From: the human T2T-CHM13v2.0 reference genome, Homo sapiens
Assembly: GCF_009914755.1 (NCBI RefSeq)
Contig: NC_060935.1
Direction: 5' to 3' (one strand)
Length of the DNA stretch: 64,000 nucleotides
The notes under the pieces were generated by a model. The model was not told the DNA's origin. It did not search any database and saw only the letters and a program-made list of their open reading frames with translations. Of the stretch, positions 17,305 to 37,273 are shown in pieces. Position 1 is the stretch's first letter, and each line of letters opens with the position of its first letter. Position numbers and translations under genes: made by a program.

Positions 17305-19000
17305 TTACAATTAACATATGTAAAAGTGAGATAATAAACAAAATATGTATACAATAGTAAGTACAGGCAGGAAACTACAAATTGACACAAAGAACATCTA
17401 AGTTAGAGAAAGGCCTCTGGAGAAGCTGAATCTACATTTCAGCCTAGAGTCTAGAACAGTATAGAAAATTAGTAGTTAAGCCAGGCATGGTGGCTCACGC
17501 CTGTAATCCCAGCACATTGGGAGGCCAAGGCAGGCAAATCACTTGAGGTCAGGAGTTCGAGAACAGACAGGCCAACATGGTGAAATCCCGTCTCAACTAA
17601 AAATACAAAAATTAGCCAGGCATGCTGGCATGCACCTGTAATCCCAGCTACTCAGGAGGCTGAGGCAGGAGAATCACTTGAACCCGGGAGGCAGAGGTTG
17701 CAACGAGCTGGGATCACCTCACTGCACTCTAGTGACAGAGCGAGACACTGTCTCAAAAAAAAAAAAAAAGAAAATTAGGGGGAAAAGGGAAGGTCATTCT
17801 AAGATGGGGAAGAATTTGCTAGAAGAGAAGCCTGATTATAAACAACTTGAGAGCAGGAATCGTCTTTCCCTCATTGTTCTAGCTCTTCACAGTACTTAGT
17901 ACAGGGTATGCCTTTGATAGAATTATGTTTTTTGGATAGGAGTTAGCAAATAGGCAGATTTATATGAGTAGAGTAGACATAGAAAGTAATTATGATCCAC
18001 AGCACTGAGCATCAAAACTAAGAAATGATCAGTATTAACTATAACAGACTTGTTTAGTCTGTTGGGCAAAATGAGTCCTAGATTCAGTGCCCATGATTCA
18101 GTGTAAACAAAACTGAATGAAGTCACCTCAACTCCAAACACTACACAAATGTACAAAAGGCTGCATTGTTGTCACCTGGAATATACATATTATCAACAAA
18201 TATAATTTGTTTCATTTTCCACTATTTTTTACATCCGTAAAATCATTGGAGAACATGATTATTAATAGCTATATAAGGCTACACTAGAATTGATTTAATT
18301 GCAAAACTGCTACACAAGTTTCTCAAAGGCAGCAAAAGCACTCTTCTCGGGACTTAAAAACCCAAATGTTACTATTAGTTAAATATTTCATTTGCTGTTT
18401 TGTTTTGACACCCACCACCCACCCCCACTCCCGGCCCGAGCCAAAAAGTACCTGTTTTATCTGTCCCAAGGAAAATATTAGCTTTTTTTTTTTTTTTTTT
18501 TGGAGACAGGGTCTCACTATGTCACCCAGGCTGGAGTGCAGTGGCACAATCAGGTGCGTGCCACCATGCCTGGATAATTCTTTGGTATTTTTCGTAGAGA
18601 TGGGTTTCACCATGTTGCCGAGGCTGGCCTTGAACTCCTGGGCTCAAGGGATCCACCTGTTTCACCCTCCCAAAGGGCTGGGATTACAGGTGTGAGCCAC
18701 CACACCCAGCCTTATTTTCACTACATATTAAACAGTGTATCTTCTTAGTGTAATATTAAGACAGATTCCATACTGGTCCTCACCACTAAAAATTCTGCAT
18801 AACATTCTCTAAAGAAATGTGTCTCAAGCAGTGCCATGTGCTTAAAGGGTACAGGTACTTCACTAAAGAAGAAAGTGGTCCAAGACATTCTAAAAGTAAT
18901 ACAATTACATGGTTATAAAAATTAGTAAGACTGAAAAATTGAGTTTAATAAAATTTTAAATTTGCCTGCTGCACTACAGTGTATTTATTCAGAAGACTGA

Positions 19001-19237
<237 letters not shown>

Positions 19238-19240
19238 TGA

Positions 19241-19652
<412 letters not shown>

Positions 19653-19759
19653 TGAGGAATAATAATACTTTGTAGTATCATTTATTAAAAGAAGTTTTTA
19701 GCAGGAAGGAATCTTATATATTAAGTCCAGTATTACTTTTTTTTTTTTTTTTTTTTTGA

Positions 19760-19921
<162 letters not shown>

Positions 19922-20535
19922 TAGAGACGAGGTTTCTCCATGTTGGTCAGGCTGGTCTTGAACTCCTGACCTCAGGTGATCCACCCACCTCAGCCTCCCA
20001 AAGTGTTGAGATTACAGGTGTGAGCCACCGCAGTATTACCATTTTATGAGTGAGCAAATCTAGGTTAAGTTGCCTCTCCGAGGTAACTCAGCTGGAGGAG
20101 CAGAAAATAGGAATTAGGGAACTAGGTAATTTCTCTAAATGTAACACTTAATATAAACGAAGGAATATACTTATTGGCTGGGCATGGTGGCTCACATCTG
20201 TAATCCCAGACTTTTGGACAGTCAAGGACAAAGGATCACTTGAGGCCAGTAGTTTTGAGACCAGCCTGGGCAACACAACAAGACACTGTCTCTACAAAAA
20301 TAAAAACAAAAATTGGCCAGATGTGGTGATGTTGCCTGTGGTCCTAGCTACCTCCAGAGGCTGAGGCAGGAGGATCACTTGAGCCCAAGAGTTTGAGGCT
20401 GCAGTAAGCTATGATGGTACCACTGCACTCCAGCCTGGGAGACGGAGCAAGGCTCTGTCTCTTTAAAAAAAAGAAAAAGCACACGCTTTTTGCAGAATAA
20501 TAAGTACTGGTGAATTGACCCACCCACTTATGATA

Positions 20536-22170
<1,635 letters not shown>

Positions 22171-22279
22171 ATATCTATTTAATTAGATTTTTTACTTTCT
22201 CCATAGTTGCTTAATTTTTTAATGTACTGATCACTTCTCCATCGATTTTTTCTGCAACAAAATTATTTCTAAGTTTTAA

Positions 22280-22474
<195 letters not shown>

Positions 22475-24399
22475 TAGTAGAGATGGGGTTTCACCATGTT
22501 GGACAGGCCGATCTCGAACTCCTGGCCGCAGGTGATCTACCCGCCTCGGTCTCCCAAAGTGCTGGAATTACAGACGTGAGCTACCGTGCCTGGCCTTACA
22601 TTTATTTCTACTTTTTAGAGACACGGTCTCGTTCTGTCTCCCAGGCTGGCAAGCAGTGGCACAATCATAGCTCTCTGCATACTCAAACACCAGGGCTCAA
22701 GCTATTCTCCTGCCTCAGCCTCTCAAGTAGCGGGGACTACAGGCATGAGTAACTGTGCCTAGACTAAAATTATTTCTAGATATTAAACAATATTATTTGC
22801 AGACTGCAGTGAATGGTCAGGAAACTTCATATATTTGCTGCACTGACTTGTTTCTGATTGGTTTCCTTAATTTATACAGCCAACAAATACTTATTAATAA
22901 TAAGCTACCCCAGCCTGGCCAATATGACGAAACCTCGTCGCTACTAAAAATACAAAAAAAATTAGCCGGGCTTGGTGGTGGGCGCCTGTAGTCCCAGCTA
23001 CTCAGGATGCTAAGGCAGGAGAATCGCTTGAACCCAGGAGGCGGAGATGGCAGTGAGCAGAGATCGCGCCACTGCACTTCAACCTGGGTGACAGAGCGAG
23101 ACTCCGTCTCAAAACAAACAGTAATAATAATAATAAGCTACCTATGTGCCAGACTCTATGCTATGCACTGATGGGGAAAAAAAAATCCTCTACTATTCTA
23201 CTCTCACCCTTGAAAAAACCATTGTCTCTCTTCTTTTCCTTCATTCCAGTGCCACCAAAAATATGCTCTATGTTTGAATCTTAACTTGAACAATTCTTCC
23301 CATCGGACAATCCATCATCCTCTGCACATTAAAACTTGAATGGTTCTTTTAATTTCACATGCTCTGAAGAGGAGACAGAAAGGGTAGCATTATGATACTT
23401 CTCTTCCTACAAGATCTGCACCTGTCGCAGTAGATAAATTCATTCAAGTCACTTACATAAACAATTTCAATCTTAGGACTTCAAAACCTCCCACGGGTAT
23501 GTAAACTGCCCCAACAAAGAAAGAGGCAAGTATAACAAAAATGGCATAAACTATGGTTTCTGCATTAGGAAGTCTTAAGAAGCATTAAGAATTATTTAAG
23601 GCCGGGTGCGGTGGTTCATACCTGTAATTCCACCACTTTGGGAGGCTCAGGCGAGTGGATCACTTGAGGTCAAGAGTTCGAGACCAGACTGGCCAACATG
23701 GTGAAAACCCATCTCTACTAAAATACAAAAATTAGCCAGGCATGGTGGCACGCGCCTGTAGTCCCAGCTACTTGGGAGGCTGAGGCACGAGAATCGGCTT
23801 GAACCCGGGAGGTGGAGGTTGCAGTGAGCCTAGATCGCACCACTGCACTCCAACCTGGGGGACAGAGCAAGACTCTGTCAAAAAAAAAAACACAAAAAAC
23901 AAAAAACCACCTTAACTAGGAAACTGGTGAAAACTAGTCTTCTTAACTAGAAAATTGGCGGGGATTCCCTCAGATTGTACACCGGAAACTCAGGCTAGTC
24001 AGGTCTCAGAAATATAGGTCAGATTTCTAGGTCGGCCCGCCTACTCCCCAGCCTTCCAACATTAAGATCTCTCCAGGGCCTTCAAGCTCTGTCTTCATCT
24101 CTAAATCTACTCAGGTCTTTCATTCACTGCACAGTTACTTAGTACCTATGGTGTTGTCAAACATAGTGGCTAGAGGAAGGGAATACAAAAGCACAATGTC
24201 TGCAGTCAAAGGGGCTCACAGCAAGATTACGGTTTGTAAATACATAATTACTCCACAATGTGATAATCGATATCTTTCAAAACAGAAGGGTTGATTCAAT
24301 CTTACAGGGAGTGACTGAGTTGGGTCTTACAAAGGATGAGCTTTGCAATTCAAGAAAAAAGAAAAAAAAGGCAGACCATTTCAGCAGAGAGAAAGAGAG

Positions 24400-25000
24400 A
24401 AAGGCGTGGTTAGGCGTGTGCTGGGAGCTGTTTGAGGTCAGTGAAGCTGGGGGTATGAGGAGGGCTCGCACCAGGTGGAGGTTGGGAAACCTCAGAGTTG
24501 CGGGAGAAATCAGAATCCAGGTCCCCTCAGCCTCCCTGGGGCCGCGCCCCATAGCCGGTTTCAGACCAGCCGCCCCGGCTCCAAGCCCCACTACAAGCCG
24601 GGAAACGCAAAACGGAGGCAACCTGGCCAAAGGCAGAGGCACCCCCCGCAAGACCCTGAGGACCCAAACTGGCCCAGCGGACTGCCCGCACCTTGCCAAG
24701 CAGCCGTCTCAGGCCCTCGCAGTCGAACTCCATCTCCAGGCCGGTCCCGAGCTAGGTCCCAGGACTCCAGCCCCCGGACCTTCTTCCGGACTTGCTGCAG
24801 GACGGAAGCCGCTGAGGACCAAACTTCCCGGCGGTCCAAGGCCCCGCCCCTTCCCAGACTGGAAATTCCACCCGCATTCAACGCCCCGGGCTCAGCCGCG
24901 GCTGCGCCCGGAATCCGGGGCCTCTCCTTCGTGACCCCGGAGTGGGCAAGTGACGAGGGCACGGCCAGAAACGCATTGGCGTCAAGGAAACCACGACCCA
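24400..25000. promoter_or_regulatory. CpG-island promoter of UEVLD, possibly bidirectional
   Basis: CpG-rich non-Alu segment; GC box CCCCGCCCC 24842-24850; ETS cores CTTCCGG 24783-24789 and CGGAAG 24803-24808; kB-like GGAAATTCCA 24861-24870; ATTGG 24975-24979. Confidence 0.85.
24692..24733 (-). CDS. UEVLD: UEVLD coding exon 1 (MEFDCEGLRRLLGK), 42 nt
   Basis: ATG at 24733 inside a CpG island; AAG|GTGCGG donor; matches the UEVLD N-terminus and splices in frame to exon 2. Confidence 0.96.
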
Positions 25001-26104
25001 TCTTCCTGGAAGGAAACTTGGGGACACTTATGAAGAGAAGACTAGGAAGGACCGGAGTAGAAGCACTAAAGGAGGTAGAGGCAACACGCGGTGTTCTTGA
25101 AGAGTTTCCAGACAGATGTATTAAATTCCACAGTGTATCAGGAAAGAGCAAGACCGAAAATTGCAGTTGAATTTAGGAAGGAGGCGGTAATGGAACTTCA
25201 GAAGCAAAATTTCAGGGAGTAGAAAGGAAAAACAAAGTCAGGAGGAGCCTTGCCGGAGAAGCGGAGATAGGACAGCCCCAGCATGAGGGTGGCTTAGCAC
25301 GGGGAGAGTGGTTGCTTTTTTTATTTTTTTTAGGGGTGCCATAACAATGTTGGTGGTCAAAGAGAGGAGAAATCCAGGTGAACAAATAGTTGGAAAACAA
25401 GAGAGGAGGGAGATGGGTGGATAAGGTCATCTGGAGAAGGTGGGTGAAGAAGAGATGCAGGATACAGTAATTTTCTGGCGTTGTTTGATCTCCTTGGCCC
25501 ATGGCTGACTTACCTGCCCTGTATCCCTGGCCTGAGCCACTGAAGCGAAAAGTCCCAGGAGCTGGATATTGTAATTGTCAAGAGGTTGGACATATAGGAG
25601 AGAGATTGTATTTATAGGAAGATCTGAAGGGAGTGCTGCCCTGACTCAGGAGAAGAAGCTGAAAAGCTGGAAGGAACATTCATTCAGAAAGTTTTTGTTG
25701 AGCATCTACTACTTGCCAGCTATTTTTCCAGGTCTCAGGATACAGCCGTGAACAAAATACACTCAGATAGCTGATGTCTTAAGGGTGTCATTCCTTTATT
25801 AGCAGAGAGAGAGCAAAACAATAAATGTAATAAGTAAATTATTCAGCATGTCAGAAGGTTGATTACGTGTTGTGGAGAATAAATTCTGAAAAGGGTAGGG
25901 AGATTGGGGTAGGTCTCACTGAGGGGTGAGGGAGTAAGTGTTACGAATCCGAGTGCAGACAAAGCAGTAGCCTAAGGCATGTGCCCAGGGAGGCTCAACA
26001 CAGCAAGGAGGCCAGTGTGGCTGGAGTAGAATGAAGTAAGATGGGAGTGGAGACAAGGAGGCTAAGTCAGGGAAATAAGACGGGGGAACAAGTGGTTTAG
26101 AGAA

Positions 26105-26287
26105 GTGAGTCTTCTAGTGTGAGCCCCAGATCTGCAGCCTCAGGTGCTGGGAGTTGTTAGAAATGCAGATGCTAAGACCTCAACCCCAGCTTTATTCAAT
26201 CACAGGCTCTGGGGTTGGGGACCAGCAATTCTCTTTTAACAATTCTTCCAGATGATTCTGATGGGTGATGAAGTCCAAGAACCACTG
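26105..26287. mobile_element. MER5A-like DNA transposon within an L2 relic
   Basis: gggagttgttagaaatgcaga ... ccagatgattctgat ... aagaaccactg. Confidence 0.7.
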
Positions 26288-26321
26288 TGGGACTTTGTAG
26301 ACAATTGTAAGGACTCTGGCC

Positions 26322-26910
26322 TGTCCCTGCCCTCCAGCCAGAGACCATCAGGAACACACCTGTGCTTAAACAAGTTGAGTTCATTATTAATAGTTCTTGC
26401 AGTGAGGAAGCAGGTGTTGTGGAGGACCATTGGGACAGCTTGGTGAGGGTGAGAGAACCTATTATAGAATTTGGGCGATTTGCGGGAGGGCTCAAGAAAG
26501 CCAGGCTTCACCCTGGATTGGGTGCTGTCAGAAAGCAGGGACATTTCTGTGACTAGGTATCTGAATAAGTATTGTCTATAAGATGGACAGACTAGAGTGA
26601 GGATAAAGCTATACCTAGTAAAGAAGCAGCAGTCACTCATAATAGCAGAGAAGGACGTTTGGTATTTCATGGCTTGCACAGTGACCTTGCTCTCTTGTCT
26701 CTGCTTAGACACAATTTTGAAATGGCCTTGTTGTTGTGTCCCTTTTTTATAGTCTGACTGACCTTGTCTCATGTTGGTGTTCTGTGAGATTATGTCCCAC
26801 AGAAGAATAACTGGGCCAAGCTGTGAGCATCAGGCCAGCTTCTAACAACCCTGAAGTCTAGCTGTGTCAGACCAGCTCTCAGATGTCAGGGCCTGCCTCT
26901 TCCTTTCTCA
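26322..26910 (-). mobile_element. ERVL-class solo LTR (subfamily uncertain) inserted in L2
   Basis: TG...CA-bounded segment; L2-like sequence resumes on both sides. Confidence 0.45.
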
Positions 26911-28767
26911 GGCTTTTAATCTGGGAGAAAGAGAAAGCCACTGGGAGGTTTCGAACAGAACAGTGACATGATCTGACTGAGCTTTAAAAAAATATTAATT
27001 ACTCTGCAGTGTTGTGAAGAGGCAGTAGTGTCAGGCAAGAGTAGGCCAGAAGACAAGGTAGGAGGAAGATTACAGAGAAAAGCTGATAGAAGGGCTGTTA
27101 AGTGCATCTCAGCCAGATCTAACCAACCTTAAAACAGTAGAACTGCCAGGGGCTCCAAATTCTAATAGATCCTGCCAGAAATCCGTGGTATAAGGAAAAG
27201 ATACCAGTTAGCAGCAAGGCCAGAGCAAGATTCTTCCATCTTTTATGAAAGAGCCTTTTATGAAAGAGGCCTTCCAACCAAACCAATTCTCTTCTGGTCT
27301 AGTCACTATGCACACTTTATGCCAGAGAGAGTGTGAGTGAGTGAGTGTGTGTGTGTGTATGTAGCATTTCCTTTGTGGAAGGTATACTGCTAAGAGTTTT
27401 ATGTGCTTTATCTCCGTTCATCTTCATAAGACCCTATGACCTGGATAGAATTATTACCTCAATTTTACTGATAAGAAAATTGAGGTGTATTGTTATATTA
27501 CCTATTTTACTTGTTTCTGAGGTTCTGTTGAATAAGAGATGTATTAATGATAGCTTTTGGGGGGAGAAGAAAACTACAAAATTAAACATACATACTGATT
27601 TTAACACACCTATTTGAAAAGAATGTAAATGTGAAATAGAGGATATGTGTATAATTGTCTCCATTTTACAGATAGGGAAACCAAAGACTAAGGTTAAATT
27701 ACTGCAGAAGATGATGTCAAAGACTATCTTCCTAAACTACATGTTATAGTGCCTCTCACTGTGGGTGAAATTGTGATGACACTTTGTGATTAATAATAGT
27801 CTAGGAAATCAGCCAGGTGTGGTGGCTCATGCCTGTAATCCCAGCACTTTGGGATGCCCAGGCAGGCATATCATCTGAGGTCAGGAGTTCGAGACCAGCC
27901 TGGCTAACATGGCGAAACCTCATCTCTGCTAAAAATACAAAAATTAGCTGGATGTGGCGGCAGGTGCCTTTCATCCCAGCTCTTTGGGAGGCTGAGGGAG
28001 GGAGAATTGCTTGAAGTTGGGAGGCAGAGTTTACAGTGAGCCGAGATCTTGCCACTGTATTCAGCCTGGGCAACAGAGTGAGATTCCATCAAAAAAAAAA
28101 AAGGTCTACAAAGTCTGAATTATGTGCTTATATTGCTATGCAGTTACAAGAGAAAGGCTGTGTAGTACTGAAATTGGCTTTTTTTTTTAAGCCTCTCCCT
28201 TGACTTCCATCCTGACCACCAGGCTACCCTCATCTCCTGAAACTGGTGCTATTAGATCCTATAATCCAGTTAGGCTGAAACATTCACTCTTCCCCAAGTA
28301 CATTGTCTTCTTCCTTGCCTCATACCTTAGTAGCTGCCAGGAGTGTTTTATTATACTTTTGTACCTGTCTACCTCCATCTCCACTCCTCTTTCTGTCCTC
28401 AGATACTGTAAGGCCCTGGCAAATAGGGGTTGAATCTCATTCATCTCTATATTCCCAGTGCCTAGCATAATTATTTATGCATATATTCCTTCTTATATGT
28501 AGAAAGCCAGATATAAAGAACCTGCAGTGGAAAGTTTGCAGAATGAATGAACGTATAAGGTGATCAATGCCTTAAGGAGAAGAAGGTATAGTGTACTAGT
28601 TCTCAGCCTTATCTGGGCTTCAGACTTTTTTTTAAAACGTCTGTTGAGACCGGGCTCAGTGGCCCACTCCTGTAATCCCAACACTCTGGGGCTAAGACAG
28701 GAGGATCACTTCGGCCCAGGAGTTTGAGACCAGTCTGTTTTGTAGACCCAACTCTACAAAAAATTTA

Positions 28768-28965
<198 letters not shown>

Positions 28966-29345
28966 TCATGTATACAGTTTGTTTTGTGTCCAGTTTCTGG
29001 AATGTTTGTAGATTTACTGAAGTCTGCTAGACCCCAAGTGTCGTTGGTGGGATCATAATTTGCTACAACCTTTGGGCAGAGTAGTCTTGGACCTTTGACC
29101 CCATAATGCCACATTGGGAATCTGTCTTACAGAAATAAAAGTACTCAGGATATATGTACAAAGATGTTAATAATGTTAAAAGGGGCAAAAATGTCCCAAA
29201 CTAAGAAATGGGAAAAGTGTATATGCTGCATCTTTGTAAGTTTTAGAAAAAACACAAAAATGGCTTGTTTAAAATTAGAGCTTGTTTTTTTTTTTTTTGG
29301 TGCTGTACTTCTGATCTCTCTTTATACCCTTTGTTGCTTTCATGA

Positions 29346-29750
<405 letters not shown>

Positions 29751-30183
29751 TAGAACTTAACTGTTGTGTTCATTGACAGCAATTTTGTATCTCAGGTCAT
29801 TCTTCCTGAAATATCCTTTGTAACAACCTATGTTTTTATGATATTGTGAATTAAAACTGCAATTTTTCTTAAGCTAATTCTTTTTGTAAGGATTTTATTT
29901 TATTTTATTTTATTTTATTTTATTATTTTTTGAGACAGAGTCTCCTCTGTCGCCCAGGCTGGAGTGCAGTGCTGCAGTCTCTGCTTATTTCAACCTCTGC
30001 CTCCCAGGTTCAAGCAATTCTCATGCCTTCACCTCCTGAGTAGCTGGGATTACAGGCACCCGCCACCATGCCCAGCTAATTTTTTGTATATTTAGTAGAG
30101 ATGGGGTTTCACCATGTTTGCCAGGCTGATCTCGAACTCCTGGCCTCAGGTGATCCACCTGCCTCCTCCTCCCAGAGTGCTGA

Positions 30184-32654
<2,471 letters not shown>

Positions 32655-32720
32655 AGAAATTTTAACAATCACAGCATTGTTTATGATGGTAAAAATTGGG
32701 AAAAAAATCCTAATGCATAT

Positions 32721-33355
32721 TATGCCAGTTATTTATTGCCTTTCAGTTCCAAATCCATCATTTATTGCTTGCTCTACCATAATGAAGCTGGGCCCTGTAA
32801 GCATTTCTTCCTCGTTAGTGGACAGGCTAACGTTTTGTCAGTAGAGGGCCTTCAGAGGATACTACAAGAGGAAGGGCTTTCTCTTCTAGTTCCAGTGTGT
32901 GTCTATTCGTGATTCTGTGTGGCTGCCAGTGGCATGTATGGGGACTTCTAGTGGCACTCACCGTGTCAAGTATCAGTGGCTCCACTGCGGACTTCTTCCA
33001 CACCTGTGTCACTGAGACAATTGACCAGTGAGTTCCACAAGCACCCATTGCCAGCTTTAGCCTGCAGCAGCTCATTAGACCTCTACCGTCCAGTTGGTCA
33101 TGTCCACAACTCCTCCAACATGTTTTGGATCTCAGCCCTGGAGGGGAGGGGACTATTCCAAATTTATTTCTTCCTTGGGTACTTTGCCTCAGCCCTAGAG
33201 GTAGTGGCTGCTCCCTATATATGCTATTCCTGTAATATGTAACACTTTCTACCCCTTCTATAGTCGGTCACTTGCTCCTAGTTGATAATTCTCTTTATTA
33301 AAATTTTCAAATTACTGTCTGGTTTTCTGTCTCCTGACTGGACTTGACCTACTGT
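32721..33355 (+). mobile_element. LTR33-like ERVL LTR
   Basis: gctgggccctgtaagcatttc and gtcagtagagggc motifs; 3' end ggttttctgtctcctgactggac. Confidence 0.55.
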
Positions 33356-33535
33356 ATCATTGGGAGCAAGATGAAATAAACTAGAATATTGTGCAAGAAT
33401 TAAAAAAGAATAACCTAAGCTAGGCACAGTGGCTTATGCCTGTAATCTCAGCCCTTTGGGAGGACGAGGCAAGAGGCTTACTTGAGCCCAGGAGTTTGAG
33501 ACCTGCCTGGTCAACATAGCAAGACCCTGCCTTTA

Positions 33536-33928
<393 letters not shown>

Positions 33929-34757
33929 TTACCCAACTGAGCATTTCACTGAGTTGAAGAGAAAGATAGCAAAATACAGCAGAGGCCAGAATTTGCAGGA
34001 TGGAGTGCTAAGAAGAGGGATCTCCATGGAGAAAGCTGTAGATTTCCACAGGGGCCCTTATAAGTCTTTGGCTGAGTTCTGTCTGCACATATATGGGATA
34101 AAACTCGATGAGGCCTGGAAAAGATCCACCCAAAAGCAGTCGGCCAAACACTTCTTGGAGTTCCTGAAGGGCAGGGAATTGTGGAACATTCCACAGATTT
34201 GGAAGATCTATGCCGGGCACAGTGGCTCACACCTGTAATCCCAGCACTTTGGGAGACTGAGGCGGGCGGATCACCTGAGGTCAGGAGTTCGAGACCAGAC
34301 TAACCAACGTGGAGAAACCCTGTCTCTACTAAAAATACAAAATTAGCCGGGCGTGGTGGTGCATGCCTGTAATCCCAGCTACTCAGGAGGCTGAGGCAGG
34401 AGAATCACTTGAACCCAGGAGGCGGAGGTTGCAGTGAGCCAAGATCACGCCCTTGCACTCCAGCTTGGGCAACAAGAGCAAAGCTCTGTCTCCAAAAAAA
34501 AAAAAAAAAAAAAAAAAAAGCTCTAATACAATCAGCCTCAGAGAAGGTGCTCAGAGAAAATGGTCATTAACTCAGCAGTGCGGATATTAACCCTAGAGTA
34601 AAGGCTGCTCCTGGCCTATCATAAAGCTTCAAACAAGCCTCAGAAGAATCAAACTGATCGCAAGTAACTTAAGTGCACCTTAGAAACCTTAGAATAAAAT
34701 TTAACACTGTTGAATACAACAAAATCCAGCACTCGGCAATAAAATTTACCATGTTCA

Positions 34758-35273
<516 letters not shown>

Positions 35274-35941
35274 TTAGGAAGTTTGGTCATAAAAGGAAAT
35301 TAAGAAATAAGACAGGGAAGGAGCCACAGTATCATCTGGAAGTTTTTTTGAGGAAAGGACAGGGGTACCTGTGGCTTCATGATGGCCAAGAAAAGAGAAT
35401 CAATGGAGAGGAACTAATCCAAGGTGATGAAGATGTGGATATACCATCATGCTGAGGATCCCCTTGACATGGGGAGAGGAGGTTTTGCAGGGACAGAAAT
35501 AGAGACATCTGTCTCATTTACCTGTAATTCAGTTTGTTTCGTTCACATGTCGTACACCTAGCAGCAAAACACCTTTCCAAATCTCTGCCTCTAGTGTAAA
35601 GAGCCCAGCTGCCCAAGAGGCAGCTGAGTCCTAAGTCTTGGCCCTGATCTGGAGCATCAGCTATGTGCTGTAGTGCGGGTCACTTAGGCTGTAGTCTAAG
35701 CCTTAGTTTTCTGATTAGTGAAATGGGGTTAACAATAATGCCTACTTCATAGTGTTGCTGTTTGCTGCTCAGCTGCTGGTCTGGGGGCAGTGTCTCTGGT
35801 GTGTTTTGAGTCTGGGCCATATGGTCAATGATGTCACAATGCCCTACTAGATTTCAGCTTCTCCACTAGGGAGTTGTGGATCCTTTGGAGCCAAAGACTC
35901 GAACAGACATGCGAGACCTCTACCAACTGAAGGTTTCGTGA

Positions 35942-36160
<219 letters not shown>

Positions 36161-36267
36161 TGACCAAATGGGAAAGATAGTTGAGGTCTCACCACTAACT
36201 GGAAGTCAGAATGTGATGGGAACAAAGTTAGTGTCCCAGGCTACCGGGCTACTTCCCATCCCACTAG

Positions 36268-36817
<550 letters not shown>

Positions 36818-37147
36818 TAGCCAGGATGGTCTAGATCTCCTAACTTCGTGATCCGCCTGCCTCGGCTCCCCAAAGTGCTGGGATTACAGGCGTGAGCCAC
36901 TGCGCCCGGCCAGGACATCCTTTTAAGTCTTTTTTTGTTTCCCCCTCCCTTGCATATATAGCTGTACTTGTTTCAAAGCACTATGGAATTTGCAAGGGGT
37001 CTGCTGGAGACCGTATTTGACTTGCGGATTGCAGGCCAAGTGGATCAGTGGTTATTGGTAGGAAGGGGGACGGTAGGGATTGGTGGGACCTTTTAGCAGC
37101 CCTTCTGGTCACCACACAGAGTGGTTACCCACTGGGCCAATGAGTAG

Positions 37148-37273
<126 letters not shown>

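Noticed and set aside
24260-25170. Overlapping 140-231 aa ORFs on both strands
   Set aside because: Stop-poor GC-rich island; no recognisable domain; only 24692-24733 fits a spliced gene
27241-27271. 15-bp tandem duplication TTTTATGAAAGAG(G)CC
   Set aside because: Ordinary slippage event with no context suggesting function
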